Positions 1 through 12,504 of a stretch of 64,000 nucleotides of DNA are shown in pieces. A program made the translations under genes and the position numbers. The notes beneath the pieces are model-generated. The model was not told the DNA's origin. It was given only the letters and a program-made list of their open reading frames with translations, and searched no databases. The DNA lies in assembly GCA_964016885.1 (NCBI GenBank), contig OZ024741.1:310186001-310250000 (forward strand), written 5' to 3'. Origin of the DNA: Eledone cirrhosa (taxonomy: Eukaryota). The first letter of the stretch is position 1; the number at the start of each line of letters is the position of its first letter.

Positions 1-23
1 ATATATATATATATATATACAAA

Positions 24-102
24 CAGTGTCCCAAAAAATGTATACACACTTCAACAGCAAAGTAATTAAAGTGTGTATATATTTTGGAGGGGACACCGTG
101 TG
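24..102. mobile_element. Small palindromic MITE-like element within a (TA)n tract (Tc1/mariner-type ends)
   Basis: ACAGTGTCCCAAAAAATGTATACACACT is imperfectly inverted with AGTGTGTATATATTTTGGAGGGGACACCGTGT; flanked by TA repeats. Confidence 0.45.
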
Positions 103-402
103 TATATATATATATGTGTGTGTATGTATGTGTAACTAGTAAAACTAAAAACGCAGCGGTATATTCTAATTTGGCCCTTTTAAGGGCCACCTATATTTTC
201 ATTTAAGTAACTCCACTTACGCGTGGTAGTAATACGAAATAAACGATGTTTTGCTTTCATCGGCTGCTTCGACTGACAGCTAATAGCGTTGTAGTGCCCA
301 TTTCATTTACCATAGCTTCGCGTCGACCAATTTTTGAGTGGAATTGGGTTGACTGTAATTCACGATGTCTATGGAAAGCTCATCTACTTGCACGTTATTT
401 TC

Positions 403-847
403 ACGAGCAGTGTCTTGACCGAACAACTGCGATACTCATCGTCGAAAGCGGATGTCCTCTCCAGTCTCTTATTTATTACACCGATAACAAAGATAGGATA
501 ATCATGGCATGAACGCCTTTCCAGTAATACACTAGCCTTGTGCCAAAAGTAGAAACAATTATATCTGCTGAATCAGAGATAGACTAAGGATAAAATGCAC
601 CTTAAAGAAATCTGATATTTGAAACGAGCAGTGTCTTGTTGACCGAACAACTGCGATACTCATCGTCGAAAGCGGATGTCCTCTCCAGTCTCTTATTTAT
701 TACACCGATAACAAAGATAGGATAATCATGGCATGAACGCCTTTCCAGTAATACACTAGCCTTGTGCCAAAAGTAGAAACAATTATATCTGCTGAATCAG
801 AGATAGACTAAGGATAAAATGCACCTTAAAGAAATCTGATATTTGAA
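403..847. repeat. Tandem duplication of a ~221-bp unit (403-623, 624-847)
   Basis: ACGAGCAGTGTCTTG...GAAATCTGATATTTGAA occurs twice back to back; the second copy has a 3-bp insertion. Confidence 0.92.
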
Positions 848-1385
848 CTCTCCCTCTCACACCGTTAATTATCTATACCGGTGTTATAGTCCCGTCTGTT
901 TGGACGACACTAAAATATAAATGAATTTTAGTAGGCTTCATACCTCAAGTTTGTAGTAATGTGAAAGAAAGCAATGTGGATTTTATATTTTAATCAAAAG
1001 TATTCCTCCTCCCCCTCCCCCCCAAAAAAGAAATAAGAAACTCTTATGTATAAGCTAAAAAACCATAGGTAATTTGGAAGACATGGACTTAACAAATTCT
1101 ATTTATATCATCACATACACACACATACAAGTACATCATTATAGCTTAATGTATTTGCATCCGTTAACACTTTTACGTTATAGTTAAGTATTTGGTTGGG
1201 TTTTCAGTCCGTATTTGAAATCAGTGATAGAGCTACGAGTTATTACCCTTGTATACATCAAGTGTATTTATAGTCACAATGATATATTGATCAAATAGGT
1301 ACAGAGTAGATTGTATCATATAATTTTTACTAAACAATGGTGCCTTTGTAGGTATTGCTGTTAGTAATACTGTGTATTCAGTAAT

Positions 1386-1940
1386 ATGTTTTTCCTACGA
1401 GGGCACTGTCGACTCACATGCGGCCAAATATTTTCCGGCTGCTCTATTCGCACTCAGACATTGCTGCCCATTTCTGTCGGGGAATTTGATCGTTTCAGGT
1501 CAATGTCGTATCCACTCACTTTGTTATCAAAAATTTTAGTAAGACATAGATCGAATTTCTACTCTGTCTGCTTCTACCCCCACTTTAAAACAGCTGACGC
1601 AGCGATATCTTTATCAAGGACGTTCAGAACGACCCCTGCCATGCAGGGTTTAAAACAGTTGCTTGTAGATGTCCCTATCCCAACCAGGTTACCATGCCGT
1701 ACATACAACACAAGCTTTTGTCAACCACGGTCAATCTCAATGTCACATTGGAAACTCGGTGGCTCTTTCGGGCCCTCCTCTTCTAACACAAAACATTCTA
1801 TGTATTCTTGTTGTTTACCCAACTTAACTCACCGGATACTATACAAACCTCAGACCACCAACACACAGAGCAAAATTTTCGTATCGTCAGACACAAATCG
1901 TACAGACAAAGATCAAAGATATCGTCTCACGAAAGACTTG
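1386..1940 (+). CDS. CRLS1: Cardiolipin synthase exon 1 (185 codons; probable mitochondrial targeting/N-terminal extension)
   Basis: ATG at 1386 opens an R/S/L-rich ORF ending ...TKDL|GTAATA (donor at 1941, phase 0), which joins in frame to the exon at 5955. Supported by frame and composition, not by recognisable homology. Confidence 0.7.
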
Positions 1941-2389
1941 GTAATATAACTGTTTTTTAATGAAACTGCTTGCTATAAACATATCGTTATTTTTATTTTT
2001 ATTATGATAGACTGAACTAGTTGGGGGCCAGAACCCAACGAAACTTAAGTACCTGTTTATGTCACCGTTGTTATATATATACATATTTTTTTTTTCTAAA
2101 CGCATGTTTATATACTTTGATGCATGTAAACTTATCGTAACGATAGGTGAGCTTAAGGGAGAATTTAGGATTCCTTGACTCGTAAAAAAAAAAAAAAAAT
2201 CTGGGCAATTATTGACATAGATATTTCATTTATTGAGATGTTTCCCTATTACTGTTTAAATGAAAAGAAAAAAAAAGAGAGGGAAGAAAGAAGACTCTTA
2301 TCAATCGCTTTTAATAATTTTTTGGGCAAGCCAATATACTCGCAGCATACACACACACGCACGCACACACATGCCGCTGCTACTCCGAA

Positions 2390-2645
2390 TTGAGAGAGCA
2401 CAGCTCCGGGCATGTGGTTAGAGTGTCCCGGGAAAGAATAGCTGGACAGATTTTAAGGGGAAAAAACCAACCGACAAGAGACCCAGGAGTAGACTCTGAG
2501 CAAGATGGTTGAATAACATCCATGAGCTCGGCTGGTCACGCTTGGGAATCCAGCCGGAATAGTTGGAGATGGTTGCTTTTGAAAGGAGTGTTTGAGGACT
2601 TCGTCCCCACGACTCTCAGGAATAAGTGGGCGAATAATAATAATA
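2390..2645 (+). mobile_element. Decayed 3' end of an RTE-clade LINE
   Basis: Remnant resembling QLR-GHVVR...KRPR of RTE C-termini, ending in an (AAT)n tail. Confidence 0.5.
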
Positions 2646-2744
2646 TAAAATCAAAAAGAAAGAAAATATTAACTCAGCACTGTCAATCGGTCACACACCA
2701 CAAGGGGTGCCGGAGTCTTCCTCTAATATTTTTTTGGCAGCATT

Positions 2745-5060
2745 ATTGTGTATGTTAGTGAACAACTAAGCACCCTCACGAGCCGCCAATAATGATAAGA
2801 ACTTCATTGTCAGCACCTCAACTCCCCCGAACGTCTTAAACGCCACAAGCAGGAAAAACAGTCAATAATTTCAGGTATTTTAGAATTCTATTCTGTTCAG
2901 TATCCAGGATGTGGGAAGGAGCAAAAGAATCATTGACTGTGGTATCCCAAATAAGACATCTACCTCTTACCCAGGGACAAAGGGTAAGACCATCTGCTCA
3001 TTTGCCATCAATTCTAGACAATCCAACCAGCTCTTAAATTGAGGGGATGTTTAGCTGAGCCAGAGCCTGCTTAATAATTAAGTTTAGCTCTGTATAGCAA
3101 GTGAAACAACCAACATTCAGGCAGTAAAACACACCATGGAGACCTGTAGAGTTGAGGGGCCTACCACAGTGACATTTCAGTACCCTGCAGATATCAGCTC
3201 CCACTTTGTGTGCAATGGAGATGTGGAGTTCACTCAGAGTGAGTGGGCCACTGATGTCAGCCATAGGCAGGGCATCAACCCAGTCTTGCGAGAATTTTGC
3301 ACTCGCGTAAAGTAGGTGGCACCTGGAAAAATCAGATTGGTCAAAGAAAGTTGAAGGTGAGTCTCGAATGAAGATTATCCCAAACTCTGTCTCAGTCTAT
3401 CTTCTGTATCTGAAACTGACAAACCAAGCTCCCTCCATTGTAGTAGAGCTTCATCCATCTTGGAACTAATCCATATTGGAGAGGAGAGGATGTTACTTAC
3501 CAAAGCGGGGCAAGCATGGATGGAGGAAATAAAGTAAGGAAGAGATAGAGACAAGCATTTATGCAAACCTCAGCCCCCAAATCATTTTGGCAACAAAACC
3601 TGGTCACGAGACATTGGAGAGAGTGATGTTGACCAAGCTTTCAAGTTAACCAAAGATTTGGTCGTCAAAGTGTTGGAGAGATGACAAGAATCTATAAGGA
3701 CTGACTGTGCATATACAATAACTTAGAAATTGACAGATAATTTCTAAGTATAAAATAGCCTTGACGTGGCTCAATTGCCTCAAGGCTATTTAGTAGTTCC
3801 TTGAGGTTAGCCATCTTGATAGAAAGATGGGCTCGAAAGCTAAGGCAATAATTAGGGCTCCTAGAGAGCAACATGTTGATGGGGGAGGCACTGTGATAGA
3901 GGGGAAGGATTCTGTAAACAGGTCTATAGTCTGCTAATGTGAAGCTGTGTGGTTAAGGAGCCAGAGCTCGCATTAGGAGCTGTTGGCATGGAGGCCCCTA
4001 TGACCAAGTTCCTCAATCATCATCCTCACAGTTGCACAAACCTTATCTGGAGGGCCTCTCAAACAAGCATCATCAAAATACCAGACATTCAAATCCAACC
4101 TAGTCCCTATCTTAGTAACATCATCGATGCCCAGTGCTAATAGAGCAGGTTTGAGCAAGTCATCTTGTTGGACTCTGGAGGCAGATAAGATGAAATGATC
4201 ACCAAAGGATAGGTAGGAGGGCTCATGATAAACCTGCCAAGCAAAATGGGTGAAAATTCTGCAGGCAGTCAGAAACCGATGACAGATACACTTTTGCTGT
4301 TAGCTGTTACAGAGTGCACCCAACTGCAATGGAGAAGAAGTTGCCATTGGGATTTGCGAGGCCAAACAATTTAGCTCCAAAGAATAAGGGGTGAATATAG
4401 GGGCAGACATTCTCGAATGAGAACATGATGACAGAGCTCAAGGCCGGTATCACCAGCTGACAGAGTTACCATCCTTAAGATGCTGGGGTCATAGACCATC
4501 AATCCCTACACCAGAACCGACAGGAAAGGATGCAATCGCCTTCCTGGTGTTATCTGAGGTGAAAACTGGTTGTAAATAACCAGGTGGGTCAGGCTAATGT
4601 AAGCAGTCATCTGGAGGGGCCAGAGGATGTTTCTCTCTCAATCATTTGAAAGGATTTGTATTACACTGGGCGAGGGAGGACAAAGAAGAGAAGAGATGAA
4701 CAGCCCCTTTAATGGCAAAATTAGCTGAATTTGGCATTGACAGCTTTCTTTAAGATTGTCCTATGTTAGGAGCTGTGCTGATTTCAGACTCAAGATGAAC
4801 AGTGGTTAGGATGGACTCAAACAGCTGAAGCTATTGTTTTAGGGAAGATGGGAGGGAACCGGTTTTCACATTAGGTACATGGAGTGAAACCATGAGGGAA
4901 TAATAGTTTTTGCTAATCCGAAGTGCTGTTGGATAGGCAAATGTTCTCCAAAAGTTTGAAAAGAGCGCAGTCAAAATAATTCTGTCTCCCTTTTGGAGGT
5001 AGAAGGGGGAACTGGGGGAACAATATTAACTCTAGCAGTGGGGCTCAGATGAGGGGCAGG
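2745..5060 (-). mobile_element. Decayed CRE-clade non-LTR retrotransposon (RT plus restriction-like endonuclease) in CRLS1 intron 1
   Basis: Minus-strand remnants SFPVGSGVGIDGL*PQHLKD, IAVGC, LDLNVWYFDD, CHCG...GLH...C and [21 protein letters not shown]; many stops and frameshifts; boundaries approximate. Confidence 0.75.
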
Positions 5061-5954
5061 TAGCATTGGAGACAGGCTAGTTTTTGCAGAAGTAGTGGTG
5101 GGATGAATAAGGGGGTCTTGTTAGAGGATAATTGTTATATAAATGACACATAAATCTGAATGTCATTATCATCACCATTGTTTAACATCCATTTTCCCTG
5201 CTAGCAAGGGAAGAATATGTTTAGCACAAGAAAAATATTGGTGGGAAAAAGCTTGCAAAATACAATTCTGAATGACCTGGAACTGGGAGAATAATTTCAA
5301 CTCTCTTCATGGTTTGAACTTTTAGACTCCTTTTATAACTTACCTCAGTATGTGGGCATAATGTTATTACAGAAAGAGAGGGGATTGGATGAAACCGCTT
5401 AATGTATCCATAGGTTAGGTGAGTTTACTGTACCGACTGATTATAAAACAAGATCTATTGAAACAGGTTAAGAAACCTAATAAGTACGTATACAGTGTGA
5501 CTGATCTAATCAACTGTTTAATGGAAAGTAGGGCTGTCCTCAGCATTGCTCATGCTTTTTTCTTGTGAACGAGTGCTCACCCAGAATGTTTAATAGTCCT
5601 TGTTTTGACGAAGGGATTTTATCCTGAATATTAAGGACACTTAAACATCTCCAAAGTAACATTCTGATAACTTTATAATTATTTTTAACATTTAATGTCA
5701 TTTAATGTCACATTGCTGAACCCTTTAAAAAACTTTAATTTCTACACTTTACATAATGCTTCAAGCAAACTACGACACCCTCTCAATTTCTGGAATATTT
5801 CTTCTTCTTCTTCTTTGCCCATTTATTCCTGAGAGGGTCGTTAGGACAGAGTCTTTAAATATTCCTTCTGGAATATCTAAAATACAAAATATGATGTTAA
5901 TTAGTAAGAAATTTTGGAATATTTAAAAATACAAAATATGTTTATATATTTCAG

Positions 5955-6092
5955 AAAGAAGATATCCAGACCATCCCAAATCTGCTGACATGCTGCCGAA
6001 TGGGTTCAGCTCCTATTTTGAGTTATTTAGTTCTTCACAGTCACTATTCTTGGGCACTTGGCCTCTTTGTATGTGCTGGCATTACAGATATG
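5955..6092 (+). CDS. CRLS1: Cardiolipin synthase exon 2
   Basis: TTTCAG|KEDIQTIPNLLTCCRMGSAPILSYLVLHSHYSWALGLFVCAGITDM|GTAAGG; TIPN motif of CDP-alcohol phosphatidyltransferases; 138 nt. Confidence 0.95.
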
Positions 6093-6156
6093 GTAAGGAG
6101 GCAGCACATTGACACTTTAACATTTGTGCCCTTTTCATCATTATTATTATCATGAG

Positions 6157-6347
6157 GGCGTTGGATTGGCAGTATCAGTGGAGCGTCAGACACCATGCTT
6201 TGCAGCATAGAGTTATGGCCCTTTGTGTTCTGTGTTCATTTCTTGCTGAGGTTAGCTTTGCCTTTCATCCTATGGGGTCGATAAAATAAAACACCAGTGA
6301 TGCACTGGGGTAGTTGCTGGCCCTGTGCCAAAAGTAAAAACAATTAT
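6157..6347 (+). mobile_element. SINE (tRNA-like head, GCCTTTCATCC..GGGGTCGATAAAAT core)
   Basis: Homologous to copies at 19020-19235 (-), 31856-32040 (-) and a partial copy at ~38530-38612 (-). Confidence 0.75.
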
Positions 6348-6669
6348 GAGGGAAGGTCAGAGGGCGGTAGATTTAAATTTCTGTATATAAGGGGCCCACC
6401 AAACCAGAAGTGTACCAGTTTCCCCAAGGTCTAAATCTAAATCAGACAAGAGCAAACTTATTGCTCCTTTGATTGGTGATCCATTAAAGGTATCTCTTCT
6501 GTTTTGCTGTCAATTCATCTTAGTTCCTTTTTTTTATGTCCCATTGGTGGCTTCTAGTGCAGCATGGTTGGTGGAGCTTGATAGAGGATGTCTTATTGTC
6601 TGCTGACCATATATATTATATATGTTTCTAGAAGTCTTCTGGATTTCTCCTTAACTTGTTCTTTTCATA

Positions 6670-7343
6670 GTGTTGGTGCCATGATAAAATGCACGCAGTA
6701 CACCCTGCTCAGTGTTAGTACTGATGCCATGATAAAATGCACCCAGAACACTCTGTAAAGTGGTAATGATGGTGCCATGATAAAATGCCCCTAGCTTATC
6801 CTGTGAGGTGGTAATGCTGGTGCCACAATTAAATGCACTGAGTATATGCTGTAACATGGTTGGCATTAGGAAGGACATCCAGCCATAAAAACCGAGCAAT
6901 GTGTCTAACACACATGGGCATGCCTACAAAGTCAGAAAACAGCATAGCTCCCATGACTTTCGGAAACATTTTTTTCACGTTCAGAGTTGCTGAAGCATGG
7001 AACAAACTACCTGCATCAGTTGTTAGCTGCCAAGACACTGCATCCTTTAAAACCTCCATGCTTCCTAAAATTTGCCAACACTACATCTGATATCCCCCCA
7101 TACACACGCACACATATATATCATGATTCATACACTATTCACTTTCCTGTAAATTTGTAAATTATTCTATGTACTATACATGAACCTTTGATGAGTTGTA
7201 GTGCACCTGAGCACTGTACACAATTTAATTATTATTATTATTATGAGCAAAATGTGGCTGTCTGACCTGCCTAGCCTCAGAATGTGATAACCTGTCTAAC
7301 CCATGCAAGCATGGAAAAGTGATGTAAATGGTGTTGATGATAT
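6670..7343 (+). mobile_element. RTE-tailed short element interrupted by a CR1 3' fragment (6900-7244) with GAGCAA target-site duplication
   Basis: Tandem GGTGCCATGATAAAATGCAC motifs and GGTTGGCATTAGGAAGG body; CR1 piece GHAYKVRKQHSSHDFRKHFFTFRVAEAWNKLP with (TTA)n tail; GAGCAA at 6894-6899 and 7245-7250; host element resumes and ends ACCCATGCAAGCATGGAAAAG...GATGA. Confidence 0.8.
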
Positions 7344-7999
7344 ATAAGCAGCTGACTGACAAACCATTCATTGTTCTAACTATTTGGAAGGCTTAATGAC
7401 CCAACAAGTTTGAAATCTGTATCATTCAAAGTCAGGGATATATGTACTGTCTCACTGTTTGTTTGTCTATTGTGTAACTCCTAAATTACTTTAGATCAGG
7501 AAAGTTAGAAATATATCGATTTCACTCATTCATATGTTTTGTGCTGTGTTATAGAATTTTTCTCGCACATTTATTAGTCTACAGCATCAGATTATATATT
7601 CCCAGTAAAATATCTTCTGATATGTAAACACAGTTGACTGAGAGAGACCATTAATGGTTCTAACATTTACATAGTTGTTGAAAGAAGAAAAAACTGCAAC
7701 CTTTCAGTTAACATATTTCCAGGAGTTAGAATGCTCCAAATAATTAAAGAACAAGGCTAGATGTATATTCTGATTATTTTGTGTGTGTGTGTAGGATTAA
7801 ACAAAAGTGAGTGTGTATCATCATCATCATCATCACTGTTTAATGTCTTATTTTCCATGTTTACATGGGTCATTTATGTTATGAGGCAAGTCTGGCCAGT
7901 TGGTTGTGCTGTACTTTGCTCAAACAGAACTGTATTTTAGCTGTTTTTTTTACAGCTGGATGCTCTCCCTAACACTAACCACGCATATATATATAAACT

Positions 8000-8360
8000 A
8001 ACTGCAGTGGTCTGGATATATTGTCCGCATGGCTGATGAACGTAACCTTAAGCAACTGTTTTTTGGGGAACTTGTTCAGGAAAAAAGAAAACAGAGGAAG
8101 CCAAAGAAAAGGTTCAAGGATGTATTGAAGGAGGAATTGACCCCAGAAACCTGGAAAGTCTTGTAGTGGATCGCTCTACCTAACATTTGAAAATTTGAGC
8201 AAAACAGGCTAATGCAAGTAAATATTAAGAGGAATATGAAAAAAAAAACAGCCACTAAGGGAACATGAAATTAATGGAACTTTCTCTACTTGTATAGCTT
8301 GTGGCAGAATCTGACTGTTGGAGATGGGACTTCATGTCACATGAGAGCACACAATAGGGT
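8000..8360 (+). mobile_element. Decayed 3' end of a BovB-like RTE LINE
   Basis: LQWSGYIVRMADERNLKQLFFGELVQEKRKQRKPKKRFKDVLK followed by a C2H2-like remnant. Confidence 0.6.
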
Positions 8361-8439
8361 ACTCCTTACAGACTGTAGAATATACAATCCAGTTCATGCC
8401 ACATATGCCACAAGATCTGCAAATTTCAAGGGGGGTTTA

Positions 8440-9730
8440 AAGAGACAAAGAACCTTAGTCTTTATCAGGTTGATTTTGAGACCCTTTCTTTCTAGTCTCT
8501 GCTTCCATGTTTGGAATTTCTTCTCTAGTTCCACCATAGATTCAGCTATAAGTGCGAGATCATCTGCATACAGGAGTTCCCATGGGCATCCAGTCTTAAA
8601 CTCCCCCGTTATTGCCTGCAAAACTATAATGAACAGGAGAGGGCTAAGAACAGAGCCCTGGTGGACACCGACCTGTATGCTAAATTCCTCGCTATATTCA
8701 TTGCTAACTCTAACTTTGCTGACTGCTCCTCTATACATAGCTTCTACAGCTTTCACAAGCCATTCATCTACTAGTTTTCTAAGAGCCCACCAGATTATAG
8801 CACGGGGGACTCTGTCGAAGGCTTTTTCCAGATCAACGAATGCCAGGTAGAGCGGCTTACTTTTAGCTAGGTACTTTTCCTGTAACTGCCTCACAAGGAA
8901 GAGGGCATCAGTGGTGCCTTTTCCTGGTACAAACCCAAATTGCATCTCATCTAGTTTCACCCGGTCCCTAATCAACTGTGCTATAACCCTTTCCGTTACT
9001 TTCATGACCTGGTCCATCAGGTTTATACCTCTATAGTTTCCTCTATCTAGTGCATCACCTTTACCTTTGTAGCAGTTGACAATGATGCTACTGCACCAAT
9101 CTTTTGGTATGATACCCTCTAGTATTACCTGGTTAACAATTTGTGTGGTTATGGTGACCTACAGACCCAGATGCCTTCAGCATCTCGGCAGCTATACCCA
9201 ATGGACTGGTTGCCTTCCCTGTCTTCATATCTTTGATTGCCATACTTACTATGCTGCTGCTGACTTGTACTGCTGGCCCCTCTATAGGGTCCACTTGGGG
9301 TAGGGTGGTCTCTTTTTCCCATGCATTCTCCTCGTTTAGTAATCTTTCATAATGGCTCTTCCATGCAGCTTTCTTCTCGGCACTTGTGAGGGCAAGCTCA
9401 GCATTATCATTCCAGATACACTTCTCTCCAATGACATCACAATTCTCTCTGACACACTGCCTCGCAATCTTGAACACCTCCTGTTTCAGGTCCTCACGTT
9501 GCAAAACATGCTTGAATTTTCTATCCTCTGCTTCCCTTCTAGCTAAGTATGCTTGTCACCTAGCTTCCCTCCTGGTCTTTAAATAATGTACCCTGCTACC
9601 CCCGTTCTTCCATTCTTTCCATGCCTGTCTCTTAGTCTTAACTGCCTCATCTACCTTATTGTTCCACCACCAAGTCACTCTCCTCGTCCCTGTGGACTTG
9701 CTCCAACCACAGATCTCGTCCGTCGCCTTT
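8440..9730 (-). mobile_element. RTE-clade LINE internal fragment (RT), CRLS1 intron 2
   Basis: TWWWN, NYRGI, QFGF, FVDLEKAFDRVP, GVHQGSVLSPLLF, LLYADDL; disrupted. Confidence 0.92.
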
Positions 9731-9820
9731 ATATATATATAAGTATTGAAGTTTCCGTTGAAAATTGAAAAAGTCATAGGAGTGAAGAGTGCTCTATGTA
9801 AATACCAGAGCTAAATTTAA

Positions 9821-9949
9821 TGTATAATAAACAATACAATATAATTACCTCATTACCAGAGGTTTCCCGAATAAGACGAATACAAATTCGTATTCGTCTT
9901 ATTCGGGAAACCTCTGGTAATGAGGTAATTATATTGTATTGTTTATTAT

Positions 9950-9952
<3 letters not shown>
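9821..9952. repeat. Perfect fold-back palindrome, 63-bp arms, 6-nt spacer
   Basis: 9821-9883 is the reverse complement of 9890-9952; followed by (TA)n(GA)n. Confidence 0.95.
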
Positions 9953-10041
<89 letters not shown>

Positions 10042-10657
10042 GTGTCAGTGGTGCTCTATCTATATATAACACTTATTTTCAATTTTCTAACAGTTGTATT
10101 TCCATATACTTCTTGCTAGTGTGAATATATGGAATCTTTGGATATTTAAATTTTGTAGTCTCTTTCTTCATTTCATATTTGCATATTGTCTATTTATTAC
10201 ATGATGCCCCTCTTTGGTTGACTGACCATGGGTTTGCATCTGAAATGTACCTCTCCAAGTTGCAAACCTGGACAAAGTGTTTTATTGAAGACAAGCTGTC
10301 ATTCATGCATCCAGTCTCCCCTATCCACACAACTGATGTTGTTTGAAGTAAAAGCATAGGGTGATATAGCTTAGCATCAGTGACATCAAAACTCCTTTTT
10401 TCCAGCTGAGTGGACTTGAACAATGTGAAATAAAGTGTCTTGCTCAAGGCTACAACACATCGTCCAGTCCAGGAATTAAACTCATGACCTTACATTTAGG
10501 AGCCCATCAACCTAACTACTAACCCACTAAATTTACATATTGCCTCAATTTACATATTGCCTTAATTTACATATTGTCTCAATTTACATATTTCCTCAAT
10601 TTACATATTTTCTATTTTTTGGACATTTACATTCTGTTGTCTCCAACTTTATTTCAG

Positions 10658-10787
10658 TTAGATGGATATATTGCTCGCAATTTTGCCAATCAAAAGTCCA
10701 TGTTAGGAACTGCTTTGGATCCTCTAGCTGATAAAATATTGGTCAGTTTTTTGACAATCTCCCTTGCTGCTGTAGATCTCATACCAA
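10658..10787 (+). CDS. CRLS1: Cardiolipin synthase exon 3 (catalytic motif)
   Basis: TTTCAG|[43 protein letters not shown]|GTGAGT; completes the DxxDGxxAR...GxxxDxxxD signature; 130 nt, phase 1. Confidence 0.97.
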
Positions 10788-11079
10788 GTGAGTAGAAAAC
10801 CTCTTTTTGGGTTTTGTTTTTAACTCTCCCATTATATGTAGTCAATGGCAGAATAACTTTGTGTTAATGACTCTGTGTATGTGTGTACATTATTACATAC
10901 ATACACACATACATATGGGTGGATTAAGAAGTTTGGTATCAAGAAAGGCTATGAAACATTGTTTCTAGCTATGAAACATTATTTCAAAACATTTCATTCA
11001 ACCTATGCCAGCATAAAAAAGTGGATGTAAAAATTAGGATGATTATATATATATATATATATATATATTATCATTATTA

Positions 11080-11725
11080 TCATCATCATCATTACTGTTT
11101 AACGTCCATTCTCCATGCTTGCATGGGTTAGACAGGTCACCCACATCATGAGACAAGTCTGGCCAGTTGGCCGCACTGTACCTTGCTCAGACGGAATTGT
11201 CATTTGGCTGCGATATTTACAGCGGGATGCTCTTCCTAACATCAACCATGTTTACAGTGTGGAACTGGAGGGCACTGTTATGAGGAGGGACAGGCCAGTT
11301 GGCTGTGCCGTACCATAGTTAGGGAGTCATGTGATCCCACTATGAGGGAGGTCTGGCCAGTCGCCGCACCTAGCCATACTCATAGTAGAGCCGATTTACT
11401 GAGTAGTCCTGTTATGTGTCAAGTCTGGCCAGATAGCCGCACCATACCTCTCACAATATTGGGACTGTTACTGTATTTTGGGATCTGGGTGGTCGCATTA
11501 TGCGGAAGGTCTTGCCAGATGGCTGCACCAAACCTTCTCATAGTGGAATCGTTATGTGGATCTGGTTAGTTGACTGCGCTGTACCCTGCCCACATTGGAA
11601 TTATAATTTGAGAGCTGGGTGGTCCCGCTATGAGGGAGGTTGGGCCAGTTGGCCACGCCAAGCCTTACTCATAAACGAGCCGTTACTGGGTGGTCTTACC
11701 ATCAACCACATTTACACTGTGGATC
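11080..11725 (-). repeat. RTE-tailed short element carrying ~7 degenerate tandem units
   Basis: (CAT)n tail plus AACGTCCATTCTCCATGCTTGCATGGGT; motif ATGAG..GTCTGGCCAGTTGGCCGCAC..ACC recurs at 11148, 11280, 11342, 11414, 11500, 11554, 11630. Confidence 0.7.
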
Positions 11726-12504
11726 TATTATTTATTTATGTTCATACATGGAATAAAGGCGTTACCTAATGTTTCAAGACCCAAATTTGACCATTGCTCC
11801 AGAAAACAAGAGGCATCAAAATTGTGACTTTTCTTCAGGTACTAATATGGGTTTATAAGATACCGTTAAAAGTAAATTTGGTAAAGAACTCATGTTTATG
11901 AAAGATACCATAATAAAGCAAAGGGAAATAACTCCAAGATGTAAATATGAATTATGAGATCAATCAGGTGTTGTGTTCGTATGCTATAGCAGAAGTATTA
12001 TATTATGTAGTGGAATGTAATATATAGATGGTAATATTTATTAATGTATCGAGTATAGTAGTATAGGAAGTGTATTGTATTTTTTATATATGAGATGCAG
12101 ATACCTGGCTTGTTTGGGAGTTCAATAACCCTGCTTCAGTACTGATTTTGCCTATATAGACCCATCCGACCCTTTCTAGCAGGGAAGGCAGACATTAAAA
12201 TGATGAAGATGATATATATAAAATGTCCACATTCTATGCTGGCATAGGTTGGATGGGTTGTTATGGTCTAAGTCGCTTCTTAGTTCCATTTTGATATGGT
12301 TTCTATATCTGTAGGCCCTTCTTAGTGCCAATCTGGCACCAGCACTAGAAAAGTTGTCATGTTGTGTATGACTGCCAACCACTTTACAGAGTGTACCAGG
12401 TGTATTTTATCGGGGTACTAATACTAGAGTGGCTGCTTTGTCTCCTACAAAGCTAATAGTGAGTATATATACTTGAGTATATATAGTGAGTATATATACT
12501 TGAC

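Noticed and set aside
213-260. First exon of a divergent minus-strand gene (MKAKHRLFRITTT|GTAAGT)
   Set aside because: Only a good donor and a short ORF; no homology or downstream exon within the window.
11148-11700. CRISPR array
   Set aside because: Repeats are highly degenerate, spacers are homologous to each other, there are no cas genes and the context is a eukaryotic intron.
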